From IMG/VR virus record IMGVR_UViG_3300017985_000016, positions 1 through 59,398 of that record: a DNA stretch of 59,398 bases, one strand, 5' to 3'. Shown in pieces: positions 29,401-40,700 of this stretch. The DNA comes from a virus (lineage: Duplodnaviria > Caudoviricetes). Below the pieces are notes generated by a model that had not been told where the DNA came from, searched no databases, and was given only the letters and a program-made list of their open reading frames with translations. Each line of letters starts with the position of its first letter. Position 1 is the stretch's first letter. The translations under genes and the position numbers were made by a program.

Positions 29401-30034
29401 GACCCTGTTCCAAATTGTCCAATGCGGTATCGATGTACGATTTTGTGACAGCATCGGTGTTCGCAACTGGTTCTGCAAGATCTGAAATACGTGCATTAGA
29501 AACAGAAATGTATGAGTTTGCACCAGTTTGGAATACAAGTTCTTCGCCTGTAGCGATAGTATTATTCGCTAAGGTCAGTTCACCAACAATAAGTGATGTC
29601 AGACCTTCAAGTGTAAAAGTATTTCCACTGTTACCAATAACAGTATTACCAATGGTGATATCATTTGTGAAAATGACACCATTAGATGCGTAGAACTGAT
29701 CTGGGTTGAATTCTGTGCCTGCAAAAACAGTAACGTGACCGAACTGATCGATTTCTACGTTTCTTACAAATTGTAAGACATCATTGTTTGTGCTAATTTC
29801 ACCAGAAGTGTTTGCGTGAACAATGGTAATATTTGCAGTTTCGATGTTGCGAGTATTTGCATCTTCTGGAAATAGAATAACACCATTACCAGAAGAGAGC
29901 GTGGCAACATAGGGACCAACCGTATCAACACCAAGTGTAACGGAATCTGGGGTGATGAGGGGTTTTTGTTCGCCTTCTAGAACCGTTGTGACGGATCTTT
30001 CTGGTGAGTCACCTACTACGACTTTAATTGCCAT
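23471..30034 (-). CDS. Large repetitive tail fibre/virion structural protein (2187 aa)
   Basis: Repeats include DA(V/T)(T/N)K.Y motifs, 3x LP.G....R....GMIR(Y/F)NT....FEGY.G..W.GL...DVDQDT, 4x GV.A..YG....IP......GR.T.....VAG, HxDTS...DQFGH motifs and an LDxRYYTE tandem array. Confidence 0.8.
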   Translation of the reverse strand: MAIKVVVGDSPERSVTTVLEGEQKPLITPDSVTLGVDTVGPYVATLSSGNGVILFPEDANTRNIETANITIVHANTSGEISTNNDVLQFVRNVEIDQFGHVTVFAGTEFNPDQFYASNGVIFTNDITIGNTVIGNSGNTFTLEGLTSLIVGELTLANNTIATGEELVFQTGANSYISVSNARISDLAEPVANTDAVTKSYIDTALDNLEQGLLFVADPQSPNDATNKRYVDNLVQGLNVKPSALAATTGDLAGAFNSANNTLVLPPYNVMNIDGVTTWEIGDNILVKDQTNPAENGTYDVIQLGNAFVPWVLKRSEYANESSELPGAFEFVVDGTVNGNKAFVATVIDAETFTINQDAVTWTQFFGEGNYFAGKDLTLVNGREFVLNSNVNLETITSLDLETLTIVSNTVVIDSEGGLVLPVGSTNDRSGNIQGMIRYNTTDGQFEGYDGTAWSGLGGVIDVDQDTYISAEDTAGSDNDQLKFYTGDVNRLTIDQYAITANVDINLDTTGALTLPDGTSAQRDAIPQFRRGMIRYNTSDDQFEGYNGNNWQGLGGVVDVDQDTKITAEYTPGGDQDELNFYAGGNHVAQFYANKDVYFYGNMDVSGNVVIGGNIRLGDNEIDNIEVVADFTSNLLPNDNDTYMLGGTGKNWYKLFTGRIGHDSNVVIIETEGALTLPVGSTAKRPPAYEGMIRFNTDDNRFEGYDGNIWAGLAGSVIDVDQDTKITAETSPNADNDQLNFHTAGHLRLTIDEDGIIKVPAGNNMFLEAPGGFINVGNTIITNLADPVNDQDAVTKYYLEKGGFASTLTLKDNSNTHLVALLQSPTVTVGRGLEVQNANSTAFELAVDVTGVQPGIYGNDGYVPRVRITEDGRIDFATELPVELQANAIPDFTEVSMDITGLMFRDGTHTGVYVYYDDAGNTINISHNTSPITNTDNADGEFIQNLEFDEFGHVVVLNSANLDLQYIRTDGTIPASNTIIAPRFADSANIEYFIDPFETSQIRNLILGFGSNTASIEMSDGPLPTDKSFIYASAGVIGFVDNSLNYFASANRTTGDFTVTGNLIAGGFADSQDTSFVINPADISNVNKFYVEDHAWFGYNISLNQQGFSANNGVIEFGGAKLRNVGIPVEVHDAVTLGFMQAAIQGGEGTSLSNTFTIDVNVDGSTLEIVNDITRVKDGGITNAKIATPYITIAGETQATIPPFFVTANLTLFDGDQWQVNGTLRDETYSFTEEPTLQVYIGDTLNFAVSGANTISLYIKTSETSGTGDAAFGVTNQGATGGETLTFVPDTVGTYYYIDINNTDRSGQITVSEQYTPAENINLGETLTFAAGEGINTEVTNNTITISAELATAFASNDNRGIAAFANADFVVTNGVVEFATSGVTANTYGSSTAIPILTIDEHGLVTLASTASVAGVDGVSYENSNNTITIVTGDGSEFHIQTETTVELSGKVTGTATSSNGTVQIATELEDTGVVANTYGSSTEIPVITIDVDGRITLANTASVAGVDSFSYDPANNTITLITGDGSEFHIATETAVELTGKVTGSATSSNGTVQVTTELEDTGVAAGTYGSASQIPVFTVDDDGRITVANTAAVGGIDDFSYDAANNTITLSSGDGSVYHLRTETTVNLLGDVTGTATSSNGTVEVTADISTTGVVAGVYGTASQIPIITVAADGRITTMSNTAVAGVDDFVYTSANNTLGIFTGDGSVFLQKIDSFDETVNFGADIDVTGNVTVSGTVDGRDIAADGAKLDNIEAGATGDQTATEILNLLLTVDGDGSGLDADTVDGYSAQEILDASANNAQNLIGDGEVFIYANTGVTVNSTNVNYRFNLNSANSFTFDVGHADTSSIANTSLSLPNVLTGITFDEFGHAQTTSSTDLDGRYYTEAELDGGQLDNRYYTETELDAGQLDNRYYTEAELDGGQLDSRYFNLTGDTVTGNSTFEQNVIIDGTINRDPRITLYGFVNGFTDLVNLANGSMFTSSDTVISVGDGLDIVGGTINANVEISHTDTSSQANVAFANTALAPEFISAVDVDQFGHVVGVSKEVRLYLDQATADNRYVNETGDTMTGNLEVQAVISQDYSAFHSESLTLTTTSPTVLFSFAHADFMGGEFIITGKNGINKHITKMLIVHDGTTASATEFGKVVTNTDLATYDVIINGSDVQVLVTPSQSSSTEFVTFATLIKD
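24241..24396 (-). repeat. 45-nt coding tandem repeat (about 3.5 units, LDxRYYTExELDxGQ)
   Basis: agttgaccaccatccaactctgcttcagtgtagtatct is exact at 24258 and 24348 (90 nt apart), with a diverged unit between them. Confidence 0.85.
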
Positions 30035-30038
30035 GCGT

Positions 30039-30377
30039 CTAGACCTCTGTTACTGTATCTACAACAAAAGCAAGTCCCTCAAGAATTTTAGACATTTCCC
30101 CAGATTGTTTTCGCATCAACACATCATATTGGTACTTCCCTGGCTTTAACGTTCTTGTTTGCGTATCAGTTAACACAAGTGTAACCAAACCCGCAACCTG
30201 AGTACTTTTTTCTACTGTAAAGCTTGTTAGTGGAGAGGACTCTGAATATACTTTACGAATATCCGCAAAGAAATCGAGCACAGAGATTGGAAGCGGATCG
30301 TCGTCACCATCGAATAAAGTTAATTCGACACGAAAATCCGTTCCTTTGTCTATGTAGATGTTTGCTGTTGAGGCCAT
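30039..30377 (-). CDS. Small virion/baseplate-associated beta-sandwich protein (112 aa)
   Basis: ANIYIDKGTDF, A.IRK.Y, G.VTL.LT..QT..LKPGKY.YDV, ILEG...V. This pattern is common upstream of fibre genes in T4-like phages. Confidence 0.65.
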   Translation of the reverse strand: MASTANIYIDKGTDFRVELTLFDGDDDPLPISVLDFFADIRKVYSESSPLTSFTVEKSTQVAGLVTLVLTDTQTRTLKPGKYQYDVLMRKQSGEMSKILEGLAFVVDTVTEV

Positions 30378-30398
30378 TCCATTACTCTTTTTTTATTT

Positions 30399-30406
30399 TA
30401 TTTATA
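30399..30406 (-). promoter_or_regulatory. T4-type late promoter TATAAATA
   Basis: Exact tatttata in the gap upstream of 30377. Confidence 0.75.
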
Positions 30407-30423
30407 TAATAGACTCAGAGCAA

Positions 30424-33400
30424 TTAAGTACCCCACACTACCGTTCCTGCAGAGTCTCTGATGATTAACGTTCTGTTTGATGGGTCTTGATGAGAACCAA
30501 TCAATGCACCCCCTGCAAAGAGGTTACCATCCGCAGTGATATTTTCCAAATATAATGTATCCGCATTTGTATTATAGAAGAAGTTCTGTTCGCCACCAGT
30601 GTTTGGACCAGTCGTTGCGTAGATAGTTCTTGCACCAGAACCGCCAGGCACAAATGTTACAAACATATTAGATGATTCTAAACCAGTACCATATATGTTG
30701 GCAACATCAACAGTTGCAGCAGAGTTACCTGGCCCTGCAGGGCCCTGCAAACCATCAGTACCTTGTGCGCCAATCGAACCAGTTGCACCTTGTGCACCAA
30801 TTTCACCTTGGATTGCTTCACCTTGAACACCTTGTGGACCAATTTCCCCGATATCACCTTGGAAACCACGTGGTCCTTGAATACCATCAGCACCCGAACC
30901 CGCTGGACCTGTGGCGCCTGTATCACCCTGAACACCTTGAACACCTTGGATACCCTGTGCGCCATCACCTGTAGGACCCTGTAGACCTACACCAGTTGGT
31001 CCTTGGAAACCACGTGGTCCTTGAACACCATCTGTACCAGTACCTGCAGGACCTTGGAAACCACCGTCCCCCTGAACACCTTGTACACCTTGGAAACCTT
31101 GAATTCCATCTCCATTAGTACCATCAGCACCTTGAATACCCTGAGTACCCTGTGGACCTTGGATACCTTGCAAACCGCCAGTACCTTGTGATACTGGTCC
31201 TTGTGTACCTTGTACACCTTGGATACCTTGTACACCAAATCCACCTTGAGCTGCTTCACCTTGTGTACCTTGTGGACCAACATAACCTTGAACACCTTGG
31301 ATACCAGTGCCGCCACCGCCACCTTGGAAACCTTGAACACCTTGAATACCCTGAGTACCTTGGTTACCTTGGTTACCAAATCCAGTCGCACCTTGGAAAC
31401 CAGATGTACCTTGTGGACCTTGGACCCCTTGTGAGCCGGGCGGTCCAGGCAAACCACCTGCACCCTGTGCGGTTGGACCTTGCGGGCCCTGTAAACCTTG
31501 CACACCTTGGATACCTTGTGGTCCAAGACCACCTTGCGCACCAGCACCACCAAGATCACCTTGGAAACCACGAGCGCCTTGGAAACCTGCAACACCCTGA
31601 GATCCTAGACCAGAAGGACCTTGGAAACCAACACTACCTTGGAAACCATCAGCACCCTGTGGACCTTGTGGGCCTTGAACCCCAGTCCCACTTGAACCTT
31701 GTGTGCCCAAACCACCTTGGATACCTTGAACACCTTGTGTACCTTGTTGTGCAATACCCTGCACACCTTGAATACCTTGTGCGCCAATAGAACCTTGAAG
31801 TCCGTCTGCACCAGTCGCACCCTGTACACCTGCACCAGTAGAACCACCACGTGTGAACGTAATTATGATGTCTTCGTTATCATTGAATGCAGCACCATTA
31901 CCAGTTAGGTAATTAACTTCAAATGTCCAGTAACCAGTACTGTCAGTAATATCTTCGTAATCAAAGACAAAGAAGTTGTTTGGATCTGCTTTACGCATGA
32001 TCTTCAATGTACCCTTGACAAGACCTGTTACAGTATCAAGAGATGCATAATAGTTGTCTAGGTTTGCAAAGTTATCGTCACGTTCGTCAATATAGATTTC
32101 TGTAACTGCAGAAGGAGTTGCGTTGTTGAATCTGATATCACCGACTGCAGTATTGATTGCAGTTGTACCAGAACCGTCGAATGTATAATCGAAGGTTGCA
32201 CCACCAAATCCGCCAGAATCACCTTGAATACCTTGGAACCCCTGTGTTCCTTGCGGTCCTTGTGGTCCTTGTGGTCCCAAATCAGAAATTGAAAGAATTC
32301 CAACCATACCCGCATGGTTAGAACATTGATAGTATAATGTGTCTGGTGCGTTGTATGGAACTCTAAATGTGATAAGACCAACATCAACACCGTTGTTTGT
32401 TACACCAGTAGTATATTGGTTACCTGTACCAGTACCTGGCGCAGTTTTGATGTAGAATGGGTGACCAGATGCATTGACGTTAAACGTGTATGTGAAACCC
32501 CTCAACAATTGTAGTGTTGGATTGTTGACGCCGTCTACTTCATATGCAATATTACCTACATTGGTAACTTCAAAGACACGAGATCCCTCTTGTCCCTGAA
32601 TACCTTGGAAGCCTTGGAAACCTTGTGTGCCCTGACCACCTTGAATACCTTGTACACCTTGGATCGCTTGACCCTGCACACCTTGGAAACCTTGTGTGCC
32701 TTGGACGCCTTGGACGCCTTGAATACCTTGCCATCCCTGCACACCTTGAATGCCTTGGAAACCTTGAATACCAGTTTCACCTTGAACACCAGTGTCGCCT
32801 ACTGGACCAGCGGGAATGAAAGAAACAATCGCTTCGTCACCGTATCGTGCAGTCGCATCTAACCAAGAGTTAGTGTTTGCGCCGCCCGCACCCAAGAATG
32901 ATTTTTCGATGAATGTAACATCAAACCAACCATTATCTTCATATCCAGTTGGTGGAGCCCATGTCCAGTCATTAATTTCGTAGATAATAACTTCGAAGTC
33001 ATTTGTTGCAGTATCACGTGGAGTTCTGATAACAAGTTGACCTTTTGGAGTACTTGGATTTCTGTCAATATAATTGAAGATATCATCTAGTCTTCTGTTA
33101 CTATCAGAAGGTTTATCGTCAAACCAAATTGTGTCAACTGCATAAACGTTTGCAGCACTTGGAGTGTTTCCTTCAGACAGACCAAATTTACCAACGCCTG
33201 GGAATGTATTACCAGAGGTTGGGTTCAATTCCCATTGGAATGTCAATCCACCGTAAGAACCTTCAAAACCTTGAAGTCCTTGAACGCCTTGCACACCCTG
33301 TACGCCTTGAACACCCTGAGAACCGCCATCGCCCTGTAAACCAGTCGCACCTTGAATACCAGTCGTACCTTGTGGGCCTTGACGACCCTGCACACCTTGT

Positions 33401-34329
33401 GTGCCTTGGACACCTTGAACACCTTGGGTTCCCTGTGGACCCTGAGTACCTTGAACGCCTTGCGTACCTTGGATCGCTTCACCTTGCCAACCCTGTGTAC
33501 CTTGTACACCTTGGAATGCTTGTGGGCCCTGAGTACCTTGAACGCCTTGCGTTCCCTGCACGCCTTGCGTTCCTTGAGGACCCTGTACACCCTGACCTGC
33601 GAATGCACCATCTGTACCTTGATTACCTTGTAAACCCTGCGTACCCTGTGGTCCTTGGGTCCCTTGGACGCCTTGCAAACCTTGTGGGCCTTGAGGACCC
33701 TGTAAACCTTGTGTGCCTTGATCGCCTTGTAAACCTTGGGTTCCTTGTACGCCTTGAATACCTTGGTTACCTTTATCACCTTGGATACCTTGGAAACCCT
33801 GTGTACCTTGAACGCCCTGAAGACCTTGGAATCCACGGAAACCACGGAAACCTTGTACACCCTTTGCACCTAAGTCACCCTGTGTACCTTGTGTTCCCTG
33901 TACGCCTTGAAAACCTTGTACACCTCTAAATGTACCAATGTTAATCCAGTTAACGCCGTCATATATCCAAAGTTCTTCATCCGCATCATCGATGACACCG
34001 TCACCAACACTTGCGGATGGGAATGCAGTATTAAGAGTTGCTTGTGGATCACCGCCCGCATCTACATCTGGTACAGAACCAATGATTGTGAAGCCTGGTC
34101 CATAATTACCTTGAACACCTTGTGTACCTTGGTTTCCTTGTATGCCAACAGCCCCTTGCACACCTGCAACTGGCAACCATGCCGTTCCATCCGAATATCG
34201 GATTTCGTCGGTAATCGTGTAAATTACCGAACCTTTAAATGCAGCAGGATCTAACTGCGCTGGATCTTGTGGGATACCATTACCAATCGTGTAACCACGA
34301 CCAGTAAAAGTGCGAAACCTAGTCGACAT
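30424..34329 (-). CDS. Collagen-like fibre protein (1301 aa) with Gly-X-Gln triplets, two paralogous globular inserts and a cupredoxin-like domain
   Basis: Long G-X-Q tracts at about 33250-33925, 32580-32810 and 30725-31850. GHPFYIKT...[11 protein letters not shown] at about 32281-32580. Confidence 0.88.
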   Translation of the reverse strand: MSTRFRTFTGRGYTIGNGIPQDPAQLDPAAFKGSVIYTITDEIRYSDGTAWLPVAGVQGAVGIQGNQGTQGVQGNYGPGFTIIGSVPDVDAGGDPQATLNTAFPSASVGDGVIDDADEELWIYDGVNWINIGTFRGVQGFQGVQGTQGTQGDLGAKGVQGFRGFRGFQGLQGVQGTQGFQGIQGDKGNQGIQGVQGTQGLQGDQGTQGLQGPQGPQGLQGVQGTQGPQGTQGLQGNQGTDGAFAGQGVQGPQGTQGVQGTQGVQGTQGPQAFQGVQGTQGWQGEAIQGTQGVQGTQGPQGTQGVQGVQGTQGVQGRQGPQGTTGIQGATGLQGDGGSQGVQGVQGVQGVQGLQGFEGSYGGLTFQWELNPTSGNTFPGVGKFGLSEGNTPSAANVYAVDTIWFDDKPSDSNRRLDDIFNYIDRNPSTPKGQLVIRTPRDTATNDFEVIIYEINDWTWAPPTGYEDNGWFDVTFIEKSFLGAGGANTNSWLDATARYGDEAIVSFIPAGPVGDTGVQGETGIQGFQGIQGVQGWQGIQGVQGVQGTQGFQGVQGQAIQGVQGIQGGQGTQGFQGFQGIQGQEGSRVFEVTNVGNIAYEVDGVNNPTLQLLRGFTYTFNVNASGHPFYIKTAPGTGTGNQYTTGVTNNGVDVGLITFRVPYNAPDTLYYQCSNHAGMVGILSISDLGPQGPQGPQGTQGFQGIQGDSGGFGGATFDYTFDGSGTTAINTAVGDIRFNNATPSAVTEIYIDERDDNFANLDNYYASLDTVTGLVKGTLKIMRKADPNNFFVFDYEDITDSTGYWTFEVNYLTGNGAAFNDNEDIIITFTRGGSTGAGVQGATGADGLQGSIGAQGIQGVQGIAQQGTQGVQGIQGGLGTQGSSGTGVQGPQGPQGADGFQGSVGFQGPSGLGSQGVAGFQGARGFQGDLGGAGAQGGLGPQGIQGVQGLQGPQGPTAQGAGGLPGPPGSQGVQGPQGTSGFQGATGFGNQGNQGTQGIQGVQGFQGGGGGTGIQGVQGYVGPQGTQGEAAQGGFGVQGIQGVQGTQGPVSQGTGGLQGIQGPQGTQGIQGADGTNGDGIQGFQGVQGVQGDGGFQGPAGTGTDGVQGPRGFQGPTGVGLQGPTGDGAQGIQGVQGVQGDTGATGPAGSGADGIQGPRGFQGDIGEIGPQGVQGEAIQGEIGAQGATGSIGAQGTDGLQGPAGPGNSAATVDVANIYGTGLESSNMFVTFVPGGSGARTIYATTGPNTGGEQNFFYNTNADTLYLENITADGNLFAGGALIGSHQDPSNRTLIIRDSAGTVVWGT

Positions 34330-34774
34330 CGTATTCCTCCGATTGACCTATCGTATATGACAAAGTTGCAGTAATTGCAAGGTTTGCACTACACCTGGCT
34401 TGTAACAAATCACCAGATGCAAAGAATTGACCATTGATAGGAATCGGAATAGTATCGTATGAGGGCACTGGTAATTGTTTAATTAGATCAAATGTTAATG
34501 AATTATCATATCTGTAAATTTGCACATCAACTGAAACCGTATTTGCACTAGTGTTGGTTAAAATGAGAGGGGAAATAACTTCCCCAATCCCTGGCTCAAT
34601 AGTTTCAGAACCACCAAACACAAGTTCGGGAACTCTAAATTGAGGCACAGTTATAATCGGAAAATATTCCGTTGTCAAAACTTTATTGAAACCAATAGGA
34701 TACGCATCGGGCGCCTGAGAGGTAACAATGACTGTTATACCAGTATTTGCATCTTCATATTGTGTAAATGACAT
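34319..34774 (-). CDS. Hypothetical beta-rich virion protein (151 aa)
   Basis: ORF between two giant structural genes, overlapping the collagen gene by 11 nt. SD AAGGAAAGAG upstream. Confidence 0.7.
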   Translation of the reverse strand: MSFTQYEDANTGITVIVTSQAPDAYPIGFNKVLTTEYFPIITVPQFRVPELVFGGSETIEPGIGEVISPLILTNTSANTVSVDVQIYRYDNSLTFDLIKQLPVPSYDTIPIPINGQFFASGDLLQARCSANLAITATLSYTIGQSEEYDVD

Positions 34775-34786
34775 TTCTCTTTCCTT

Positions 34787-37700
34787 TTATACTACGGCTC
34801 TAGAGTTCGAAGCACGTCTTGCGAGTTTACGAACCGAAGAGGTAAATGGTCTACCTTCAATTCGACCTGTTCTACCGTTAATTCTCAAACCTCTTGCGAA
34901 GTACTGGTTGTTCAATTCATCAGCACCCGACCATCTTACACGTCCACCGTCTTCTGAAAGAACCGAAGAAATCGCAGAAGTCGCAGGACCAAGGTTTCTA
35001 AAGTTCAGTGGCAACGCAGTTCTGTTAACACCTGCAGCACCACCGTTAAACTGGTGCGCAATTGATTCAACAAGTGAACCGAATGTCAACACATCTGGTT
35101 TCAAGACGTTGTCTTTCAGACATTCATCAAATAGAAGCGTAATCATTGCACTATGCTCTGCATCTGGTGAATAGTTCGCAATAATAAAGTCTCTCATCTT
35201 ATCCCATGATGCGTAGAACGCATATAGAAGATCCGTATTGTTTGGACCATCATCAACCCATGCACTTCCATTCCAATAGTATATAGTTCCTGCGTAGAAG
35301 TTGATATTTACATCATCAGAAACAATATATGCGTGATTCTTTTTCAAGGTCACATTTGGATTAGTCTGCAAATCATTACGAGCAGAAATACTTGGGACTG
35401 TTCCTTTGAAGATCAACCCTTGTGTCTGTGGGTTGAATACTGGGAACACGTGTTGTCCTTTTTGGTCAAATAGAGACTGCGAGAATGTTCTAGTCGCTTT
35501 TGTAGACCCTCTCTGACCTGTATTCGGATTAACGAATTTAACATCATTCACAATCGTCTGCAACAAGTTGCCCGCATCACGTCTAGTCAAGTTAATGTCA
35601 ACAAATTTATATTCTGCATTAACAAATCTAACAACATCATACTGCAAAGGACCACGTTTTGATAGCAAGATATCTGCTGCATCTCTAAAGGGTTTTTGAA
35701 CCCAACCATAATCTGGTTCATCAAGTTTTTGTAGTTCTTTTGTATCTTTATTTATCTGAGTTAGATAGAACATATTTGCAAGTCCGACAACTTTTGCTGC
35801 TTCGACCTCAGTCGCAGTTTCAGACTTAATTTTTTGACCATCATACTTACCTTGAACAATATCTGCACAAATCTTACCAAGATGACGATAAGACTTCGCA
35901 GTTGCAACACGTTGATCTTCTGGGATACGATATACTGAGTTCCAGAAGTAGAACTCTGCGTTCCAACGAGATGCAGTGTTACCACCGTAGTTCAAGTCAT
36001 AAGAGAATGCATCTACCAGATAACCAACATCACGACGACACTTAGACTTGTTATAGTCAAGTACATCAAACTCAGTGTTGATGAAGTGGATCATGTCATC
36101 TGCAAGTTGAACTGTATTGTCTTCAATCTCACCAAATGCAGTTACTACTTCACTGTCAACCCATGCAGTATTTGGAGACTGCAGTGTTGGGATTGGGGCA
36201 AGACTATCTTCACGGATCACATCTTCTACGATACCAATCAGAGATACAACTTCTGCACCTTCTGTTGCAGTCGCAGGTGTACCTGAGATGTCTTGTGCAG
36301 TAGAAGTGATTGTTGTGTTAGTTGTATCGATCTCTTGAACGATATCAGACATCAACAATTTCATTGTGCGATAAACATCTGCAGTCTGTCTGCGAGTATC
36401 TACAGGAAGGACACTGACGCCATTTTCAAAGTAAATTTGCGCAGCAATTCGAGATGCATAGTTTGTTTCGTACTGAACATCATGTGATGCAGCATCAACC
36501 AAGAAGCCCATGTCACGACGACACTTAGCACGTGGGAAGGACAATCCATTCCACTCACGTCCAACATATTCAATAACATGTTTGGAAAGAGTTTCTGATT
36601 CGTCTTGGATCAATGTTTTAGATGCAATATAGTTCTGTGGAGTCCAAGAAGTATCTGGTGCAACTCTTGCAGGGATCTTGGATGGATCTACATCATCTGC
36701 AGCATCCGCAATCATGTTTGCAAGTTTCATTGCTTCACCCTTAAGATCCGCACGTTCTGGATATACTGCAGGTAGATGACGTTTATCTTGATGGACAAAG
36801 TTACCTTCTACATGAACAATCGCATCGTACTGTGCAGATACAAATGTATGAACCCCAGTATAGTTGGTTGCAGCACCAACATTCATAGTGATTGTAGTTG
36901 CATCAACTGCAGTAATTACTACTGGTTTATTGAAGAACGGATCTGTCGCACGTGGGTGTGAAATGTTCACTGTAGCACCTGCAGGTGCAACACCACAAGA
37001 GAATGTGATCGATTCTGGTGCAAACATAATTGCATCACCAACTTTCAATTGGTGTGTACCAATAGTTGCGACAAACACACCAGTTGCAGGGTTGTATGTT
37101 GCAGTAGTTGGAGTAAATCTTGTCAACTTCTGAATAGTTGGTTCGACATCTACTCTCATCAAAATGGTTTCAATTGTTTCTCCAAGATGTTTGAACGCTT
37201 CACGTGTTGGTTTGCGTTGTGACATTGGAAGAACATTGATTGCATTTTCGAAGTATGCAAGTGCATTTTTATGAGTTGCAGAGTTACCATCGTATTGCAT
37301 ATCGTGCGCAATACCATCGATGATATGACCTAGATCACGACGACACTTAGTTTCGTTATATGCAAGACCGTTGTACTCTTCTGCAATGTGGTTCAAAATT
37401 GCACCCTGCATTGCACCCTGTTTCTTAGTGATAAGATCATACATTCTCTTATCTTGTGGGTTATTAGCAATTGCGAATGCATAGTTGTCTACGACTGTAG
37501 GTAGTTTGTCAATATCGTTTTCATCAATCGCATCTACTACGATAGACATCAAAGAACTCACACGTGCACCTGTTACAGCATTCGCTGCAGTGGTTGTTGT
37601 GTCTTGGTTCTGTGCGTTACCAGAAGTCTTAGTTACTGCAATGTTTTGAACGATCTCATCTGCGATTTCTGAAAGACGGTTGAATACGCCTCTTGTTGGT

Positions 37701-40700
37701 TCACGTTGATCTACAGGAAGAACACTTACTGCATTCTCAAAGTATAGTCTCGCAGTGTTTACAGAAGACTGGTTACCACCTTGTGAGATATCCCAAGAAA
37801 CTGCGTCTACGAAGTAACCGACATCTCTTGTACACTTAGCAGTATCAAAAGTCAATGAAGGATGGTTCAATGCCAACCATGCAAGAGCTTCTGCTTGTAA
37901 GAATGTTCTGTTATTTTGTAGAATAATTCTTGCATTTACTCCATCTGGATCACCACCCTGTAGGACTGATGGCCATACTGGAACTGGGTTAGACACTTCA
38001 CCAGTCATAATTGCGATGATCGTATCAAAGTTCGCTTTGATGTTATTTTCTACAATATATGTGTCATCATATGGAGACAGTGCAATCTCTTCAGTTCTTG
38101 CAGCTTCTACAAGTTGATCTCTGATATAACGCAGACCGCCAACCATCTCACTTAACTGTGCCCACTTGACTTCATTTGCACCAGTTGTACCACTTACATA
38201 TGCAAGACCAACTTGAATCAATGGTTGTGCACCGGCAATAGAACCAGACTGTTTAACCGCATCTAGAATAAACCCAGTGTCACGGAAACACTTGTCACCA
38301 TCGTATGTGAAGTATCTGTCGTTTAGATATGCAACAACTTCTTCGATCAAGAACTTACGGTTTGCATGGATCTGATCACGTGCGAATGTACGTAGAGGTG
38401 TATACTCAGGTGCACCAGAAATTGCAGGAATGTTTTCATCTGTACGATCATCTACAACACCAGATATAATCTTAATAAGATCTTCAATGCGTTGTCCGAC
38501 ACTTACAGATGTTGCAGTTCCAGTCTTGTCTTGTTTCAAGAAGTTTTTAGTAACTTGTTTAACTGCATCAGCATCCGCACTTACGAATGTATGAGATCCA
38601 GTGTAACCATTTGGAATTGTGAACCCTGTTACAGTGAATGTGGTTGCAGTTGTCTGAGTAACCTTGATTGGACGTTCGAATGCATAATCAGGTGTACCTG
38701 CACCACCCGCAGCACGAGGATGCGAGATGTTTGTTACTACAAGAGTGTCTGTGTTTGCGCAAGAGAATGTGATTGACTCTTCTTCAAACCAGACAAAATC
38801 ACCAACTTCAAGATCGTGAGATCCAACAGTAACTTCCATAACACCATTGTTTGCGTCATATACAACATCAGTTGGAGTGAAAGACTGTTTGAAGTGTGGA
38901 ATAACAGTTTGTTCAAGTGCAACTTTTTCTGCAGACACCGCAAGGTGATCAAACGCAGCCTTAGTTGCATCGTACTGATAATCTGGTAGTAGGTTGATAG
39001 AGTTAATGAAGTATGCTTGTGCAGCTTTGATTGTTGCTTCATTTCCACCATACAGAAGATCTTCAGTGATCGCATCAATCAGATATCCACTGTCACGAAT
39101 ACATTTTGATTCTACGAAACCAATACCGTTATATTGTTCGTTGATGTATGTTGTAATTTCTGTCTGTAGTTTTTCTGTCAAACCGTTGATGATACCAGTT
39201 GCAACTTGGAATTCAGAAGCATAACCAGTCTCGCCTGGTCCAAATTCAAATGGAGAGAACTTATCAGTTGGGTCTTCCATTTCTGGTCCACCAACATTGT
39301 AGGACAATAGACCCGACTGTGCACCTTCGACACCACCAGATCCGCCTTTTACAACACCTTCACGTGCAGTGGATCCACCACCAACGATGGTTCCTTTTGC
39401 AGATGTTTGATAGAATTCTGTACCAACATCATTTGGTTCAACTGGGTTTGGATATACAGGCGCATCTAGTTCAATTGCATCAGATACGATGTTGATCAAG
39501 TCTTCTACACGTTGACTCATGAAGTCAGAGAAGTATTTCTTAACCGCTCCTGCAGTTGCAGAAACAAATGTATGTTCTTCTTGATAACCATTTGCATCAC
39601 CAACATCCAACGTAATAGTATTTGCAGTTGATGCAAGAACCTTAATTGGTTTTTCATACGCAGGATCTGTTGTACGAGGATGAACGATATTTTGTGCAGG
39701 CGAACCACAAGACAATGTGATTGACTCAGGATCAAAGATGATGTAATCACCATTTGAGAATGAGTGAGTTGCACCAAGATCGATATTCATGATACCAGAT
39801 ACTGGATTGTAGTTTACATCGATTGGTGTATATTCTACATTAGTCCATGTTACAGGAGTTTCTACGTTACCAGTTGTAGGAGTGACAGTCTCATTACGTG
39901 CAAGTTTCTTCGCAACACTTGCGATATGCATGAACGCTTCTGCAGTGATTGCTCTTTGATCTGCAGGAAGAATAGAAACCGCATTTTCGAAATAAATTCT
40001 TGCGTTGTTAATAGACGCAACATTCGAACCATGTTGGATGTCAAATGATGCAGAGTCAACTAGGTAACCAACATCTCTCTCACACTTCGCAGCATCGTAA
40101 GTTAGAGATGGGTAGTTCGCAGTAATCCATGCAGTGATTTCAGCTTGTAGGAATGCTTTGTTAGACTGAAGAATACCACGAGTATTCAGTGCATCATTAG
40201 AAACATAAGAGTCACCGAAGTTAATTGTAGCTGCAGCGCCCGAACCATTTGTGATGATATCGATGATTTCATCGAATGCATCATTAGAACGAGTTAGTGA
40301 AGTACCAGATAGAGATACGGCGACCTGTTGTTTCAACCATGTATATGCACCGACAGTCTCAGTCAACTGTTCGTTAACAACATTGTCTGCACCTACTGTA
40401 CCAGAACGATACGCAAGTCCATTGAATACTGCGTTGTAGTTTGAACCAGTTAGAACGTCACGTTTAACTGCATCAATGATGTATCCTGTATCTCTTTCGC
40501 ACTTTTCTGAGTCGTAGATAAAGTAAGTATTCGCAAGATAACCAACTGTCTCGTTTGCAAGGAAGTCACGGTTTTTCTGCAGTGTTGCAGCAGCATTTAC
40601 TTCATCAACATTCGCAGTCATTACACCCACTGCATTGTCTGCACAACGGATGAATGTGTGAATACCACCAGTACCAACACCAACTTGTACTTGAATTGTG

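Noticed and set aside
32281-32580. Calling the Cu-ligand domains a phage petE (plastocyanin) auxiliary gene
   Set aside because: They are internal or terminal domains of structural proteins without signal peptides, not stand-alone plastocyanins.
30672-34254. Many 60-266 aa alternative-frame ORFs over the collagen gene (His/Leu-rich or Lys/Val-rich)
   Set aside because: These are shadows of the repetitive GGT-NNN-CAA codon pattern, which lacks stops in other frames. They have no independent start signals.
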